Assembly (NCBI GenBank): GCA_963805855.1
Contig: CAWDVW010000006.1
Location: forward strand, 128,001 to 192,000
Origin: Candidatus Dadabacteria bacterium
Lineage (GTDB): Bacteria; Desulfobacterota_D; UBA1144; Nemesobacterales; CSP1-2
Length of the DNA: 64,000 nt
Direction: 5' to 3'
This document shows, in pieces, positions 61,145 to 64,000 of the stretch; position 1 is the stretch's first letter, and every line of letters starts with the position of its first letter. Both the position numbers and the translations under genes were made by a program. Under the pieces are notes generated by a model, which saw only the letters and a program-made list of their open reading frames with translations, made no database searches and was not told the DNA's origin.

Positions 61145-61999
61145 ATGAAGACGATAGGTGTAATAGGTGGGAGTGGGCTTTATAAATTAGACGGATTGAG
61201 GGAGATAGAATCTATAAGGATCGAGACTCCTTGGGGATATCCCTCGGACGATTTGGTGGTTGGGAAATTGGGTGATATCAAGATGGTTTTCCTACCCAGA
61301 CATGGACGGGGTCATCATATAATTCCGTCTGAAATCAACTATCGCGCCAACATTTATGCACTCAAGAAGCTTGGAGTCGATTTTATAATTTCAGTGAGTG
61401 CGGTAGGGAGTATGAAAGAAGAGATTGCTCCTGGCCATATCGTTATCCCTAATCAATTTTATGACAACACCAGAAACAGGGTGTCAACCTTCTTTGGCAA
61501 CGGTTTAGTCGCCCATGTTTCAATGGCTGATCCTGTGTGTCCCGTGCTATCAGAAAATCTATACAAGGCATCTACAAAATTGGGGGCTACAGTGCACAAA
61601 GGGGGGGTCTATATTTGTATAGAGGGTCCCCAGTTCTCCTCGAGGGCCGAGAGTTTTATATACAGGAAATGGGGAGTCGACGTCATTGGGATGACTAATA
61701 TGCCTGAGGCAAAACTTGCCCGCGAGGCCGAGATTTGTTATGCGACACTGGCCCTTTCCAGTGATTATGATTGCTGGCGGGATGGCCATGACGACGTATC
61801 GGTTGAAGATATTCTTGAAATCCTTGAAAAAAACTCGGAACTCTCAAAAGAAGTTATTAAGGAAGTCGTGCAGATTATAGATGAAAATAGAACTTGCATA
61901 TGTTCTAGGGCACTCCAGAATGCTATCATAACTTCAAAAGAATCGATAAGCGAAGCAGTGAGAGAAAAACTTTATCCGTTGATTAGAGATCATATCTAA
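61145..61999 (+). CDS. mtnP: S-methyl-5'-thioadenosine phosphorylase
   Basis: IGGSG, PRHGRGH, EGPQFSSRAES, GMTNMPEAKLAREAE, DYDCW. Confidence 0.93.
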   Translation: MKTIGVIGGSGLYKLDGLREIESIRIETPWGYPSDDLVVGKLGDIKMVFLPRHGRGHHIIPSEINYRANIYALKKLGVDFIISVSAVGSMKEEIAPGHIVIPNQFYDNTRNRVSTFFGNGLVAHVSMADPVCPVLSENLYKASTKLGATVHKGGVYICIEGPQFSSRAESFIYRKWGVDVIGMTNMPEAKLAREAEICYATLALSSDYDCWRDGHDDVSVEDILEILEKNSELSKEVIKEVVQIIDENRTCICSRALQNAIITSKESISEAVREKLYPLIRDHI

Positions 62000-62901
62000 T
62001 GAGTGTATTGGTCGTTGGTTCAATTGCGCTTGATGACATCGAAACCCCTTTCGGAAAAAGGGAGGGAATCCTCGGTGGTTCCGCATCCTATTTCTCCATA
62101 GCAGCGAGTAATTTTACCGACGTTAAAATAGTTGCCGTCGTCGGAGAGGATTTTCCCGATGTTCATCTAAAAATGTTTCAGTCGTATAATATTGACTTAC
62201 ACGGCGTTAAAAAGGCTCCGGGAAAGACTTTTAGATGGGAGGGTAAATATGGATACGATCTTAGCGAGCCGCTTACATTGGGTACATACCTGAACGTTTT
62301 TGAAACCTTCGAGCCAGTAATACCAGATGATTATACTCAGGAAGATTATGTATTTCTTGCAAATATTGACCCCGAGCTCCAGTTGAACGTGCTGGATCAG
62401 GTTACGGCTCCAAAGGTCGTGGCTCTGGATACAATGAATTACTGGATAGAGAATAAACCTTTAGAGCTTAAAAAGGTCCTGGAGCGTGTGAATGTTTTGA
62501 TTGTCAATGATGCAGAGACAAGGGAATTAGCGAAAGAATCGAGGATAACCAGGGCGGCTAGGATTGTTATGGATATGGGCCCGGAGGTTCTTATAGTGAA
62601 GAGGGGGGAATACGGTGCATTGTTGTTTTCAAAGGACGGAATATTTTGGGCTCCTAGTTATCCACTTGAGGAAGTTGTTGATCCAACAGGGGCTGGAGAT
62701 TCATTTGCCGGCGGATTTATGGGTTACATCGCAGGTAACGATATCCGAGAAAATGCTGGATTTAAAAGGGCCGTAGTTCATGGAAGCGTGATTGCCTCGT
62801 TTACTGTCGAGGATTTCAGTGTAGATAGATTGATTTTACTGAAAAAGGAGGAAATAGAAACCAGGTATCAAGCGTTTCTAAAACTTTCCAATCTGGATTA
62901 A
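61999..62901 (+). CDS. PfkB family carbohydrate/nucleoside kinase
   Basis: LGGSASY, DPTGAGDSFAGGF. Confidence 0.9.
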   Translation: MSVLVVGSIALDDIETPFGKREGILGGSASYFSIAASNFTDVKIVAVVGEDFPDVHLKMFQSYNIDLHGVKKAPGKTFRWEGKYGYDLSEPLTLGTYLNVFETFEPVIPDDYTQEDYVFLANIDPELQLNVLDQVTAPKVVALDTMNYWIENKPLELKKVLERVNVLIVNDAETRELAKESRITRAARIVMDMGPEVLIVKRGEYGALLFSKDGIFWAPSYPLEEVVDPTGAGDSFAGGFMGYIAGNDIRENAGFKRAVVHGSVIASFTVEDFSVDRLILLKKEEIETRYQAFLKLSNLD

Positions 62902-62902
62902 T

Positions 62903-63658
62903 ATGAAGACAACTATACTCTTTTTATCAATTATTGTACTGCTGATTTCTTGCGGTGGAAAAAAGACGGGAGAAACTAATAATGAGCAAAGAATATCGGA
63001 ATACAAGTCGCTAGCGATTGCTTCAATCTATCGTAGAAATTTTCAGCAGGCGTTGGAGGACATACGAGCAATTGAGGGCTCGGACAGTAATGACCCTGAG
63101 TTATATCTTATAAAGGGGCTTATATTCTTCGGTTTAAGGGATTATGGTAGTGCCGAAAAATCGTATAAAAGGGCATTAGAGATTAAGTCAGACTATTCAG
63201 AGGCTAGATATAACTTGTGTGGTCTATATTTAAAGCTCGATAAGTTGGATAGCGCCATAGAACAGTGTGAGAAAGCTTCGACGGATATCCTGTATAGATC
63301 AAGGGATAAGGCGCTTACTAGTTTAGGTGTGGCGTATTATAAAAAGGGCGACGTACAAAAAGCCAAGGAATACTATGATAAGTCGCTTGAAATAAATCCG
63401 GCTTTGGTTTACACTCACAATGAGCTTGGCAAGCTTTACATGTCGGCTGGGGATTATCAGCGGGCGGTGGAGGAATTTAAAAGGGCTACATTTGGATATG
63501 AGTTGTATGATGAGGCGTTATTTAATCTAGGGGTTTGTTATTTAAAGCTTGGAAAAACTGTCGAGGCGTGTGAATCGTTTAAGAGGGTTGTTGAGATTTC
63601 TAGTTTGAGTGAATATGGTATGAATGCTGGTAAGTACGTTAATACAATATGTAATTAA
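62903..63658 (+). CDS. TPR lipoprotein, PilF/PilW-like
   Basis: Lipobox LISC and multiple TPRs. Confidence 0.75.
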   Translation: MKTTILFLSIIVLLISCGGKKTGETNNEQRISEYKSLAIASIYRRNFQQALEDIRAIEGSDSNDPELYLIKGLIFFGLRDYGSAEKSYKRALEIKSDYSEARYNLCGLYLKLDKLDSAIEQCEKASTDILYRSRDKALTSLGVAYYKKGDVQKAKEYYDKSLEINPALVYTHNELGKLYMSAGDYQRAVEEFKRATFGYELYDEALFNLGVCYLKLGKTVEACESFKRVVEISSLSEYGMNAGKYVNTICN

Positions 63659-63688
63659 TATTAGATCGACTATTAGGGAGGGAAAATT

Positions 63689-63985
63689 ATGGCAAAAAAA
63701 ACAACTAATGATATGGTAAGGGGTTTTAAAGAATTATTTGGAAATCCCAAGTGGATGGAAAAATTTGAAAAAACTGTTGACAGTCAATTTAAGACATTAA
63801 AAAGCACGTTTGACAAAAATCTAGAGAAAGCAACTCGGGGTCTTAACATTACAACTAAGAAGGATGTAAACGTGCTTAATTCAAAGATTAGGGCTTTGGA
63901 AAAAAGGATAGAGAAGCTAGAGGGAGCCAAAAAACGCCCTGCCACTAGAAAAAGGTCTAAGAAATTGGAGCATCAAAGTCTATAA
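63689..63985 (+). CDS. Phasin/granule-associated-like small protein
   Basis: LNITTKKDV..L..KI.ALEKRI motif and basic tail. Confidence 0.55.
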   Translation: MAKKTTNDMVRGFKELFGNPKWMEKFEKTVDSQFKTLKSTFDKNLEKATRGLNITTKKDVNVLNSKIRALEKRIEKLEGAKKRPATRKRSKKLEHQSL

Positions 63986-64000
63986 GTGAGATACTGAACC

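Noticed and set aside
66-61789. Many antisense and alternate-frame ORFs overlapping recognised genes
   Set aside because: Shadow ORFs with no motifs or RBS.

Overview
Bacterial chromosomal window, most likely from a Desulfobacterota/Dadabacteria-like lineage (inferred from gene style only). Housekeeping blocks include rplU/rpmA, rlmN, alaS, rpoH, ihfB, def, rpmB, tpiA, secG, nth, GTP-dependent PEPCK, trmI, rsmG and mtnP. Two tRNA-adjacent accessory regions interrupt them: a small one after tRNA-Asn (~8.0-9.9 kb) and a large decayed island (~37.1-52.4 kb) that ends in a tyrosine-integrase remnant at tRNA-Glu/tRNA-Lys. The large island is the most unusual part. It is punctuated by five co-oriented copies of a discrete ~45-bp site resembling an IS3 end, with a sixth copy just after tRNA-Asn. 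It also has two ~92-bp G-rich partner repeats. Between these lie patchworks of short gene fragments, four of which are near-exact inverted copies (41-240 bp) of DNA 0.7-5.5 kb away. One 108-codon ORF is stitched from three unrelated gene families. Other features: a MITE family with 5-bp target duplications that mostly inserts at GCAAT inside REP-like palindromes, a TIR-bounded RAYT transposase, a sigmaW-like promoter shared by an ECF sigma operon and a pspA-vWA operon, a sigma54 promoter with tandem palindromic enhancer-like sites, a duplicated CX4CH cytochrome c lipoprotein and a stand-alone GatE-like GAD domain. All family calls come from motif recognition by eye; no database search was run.
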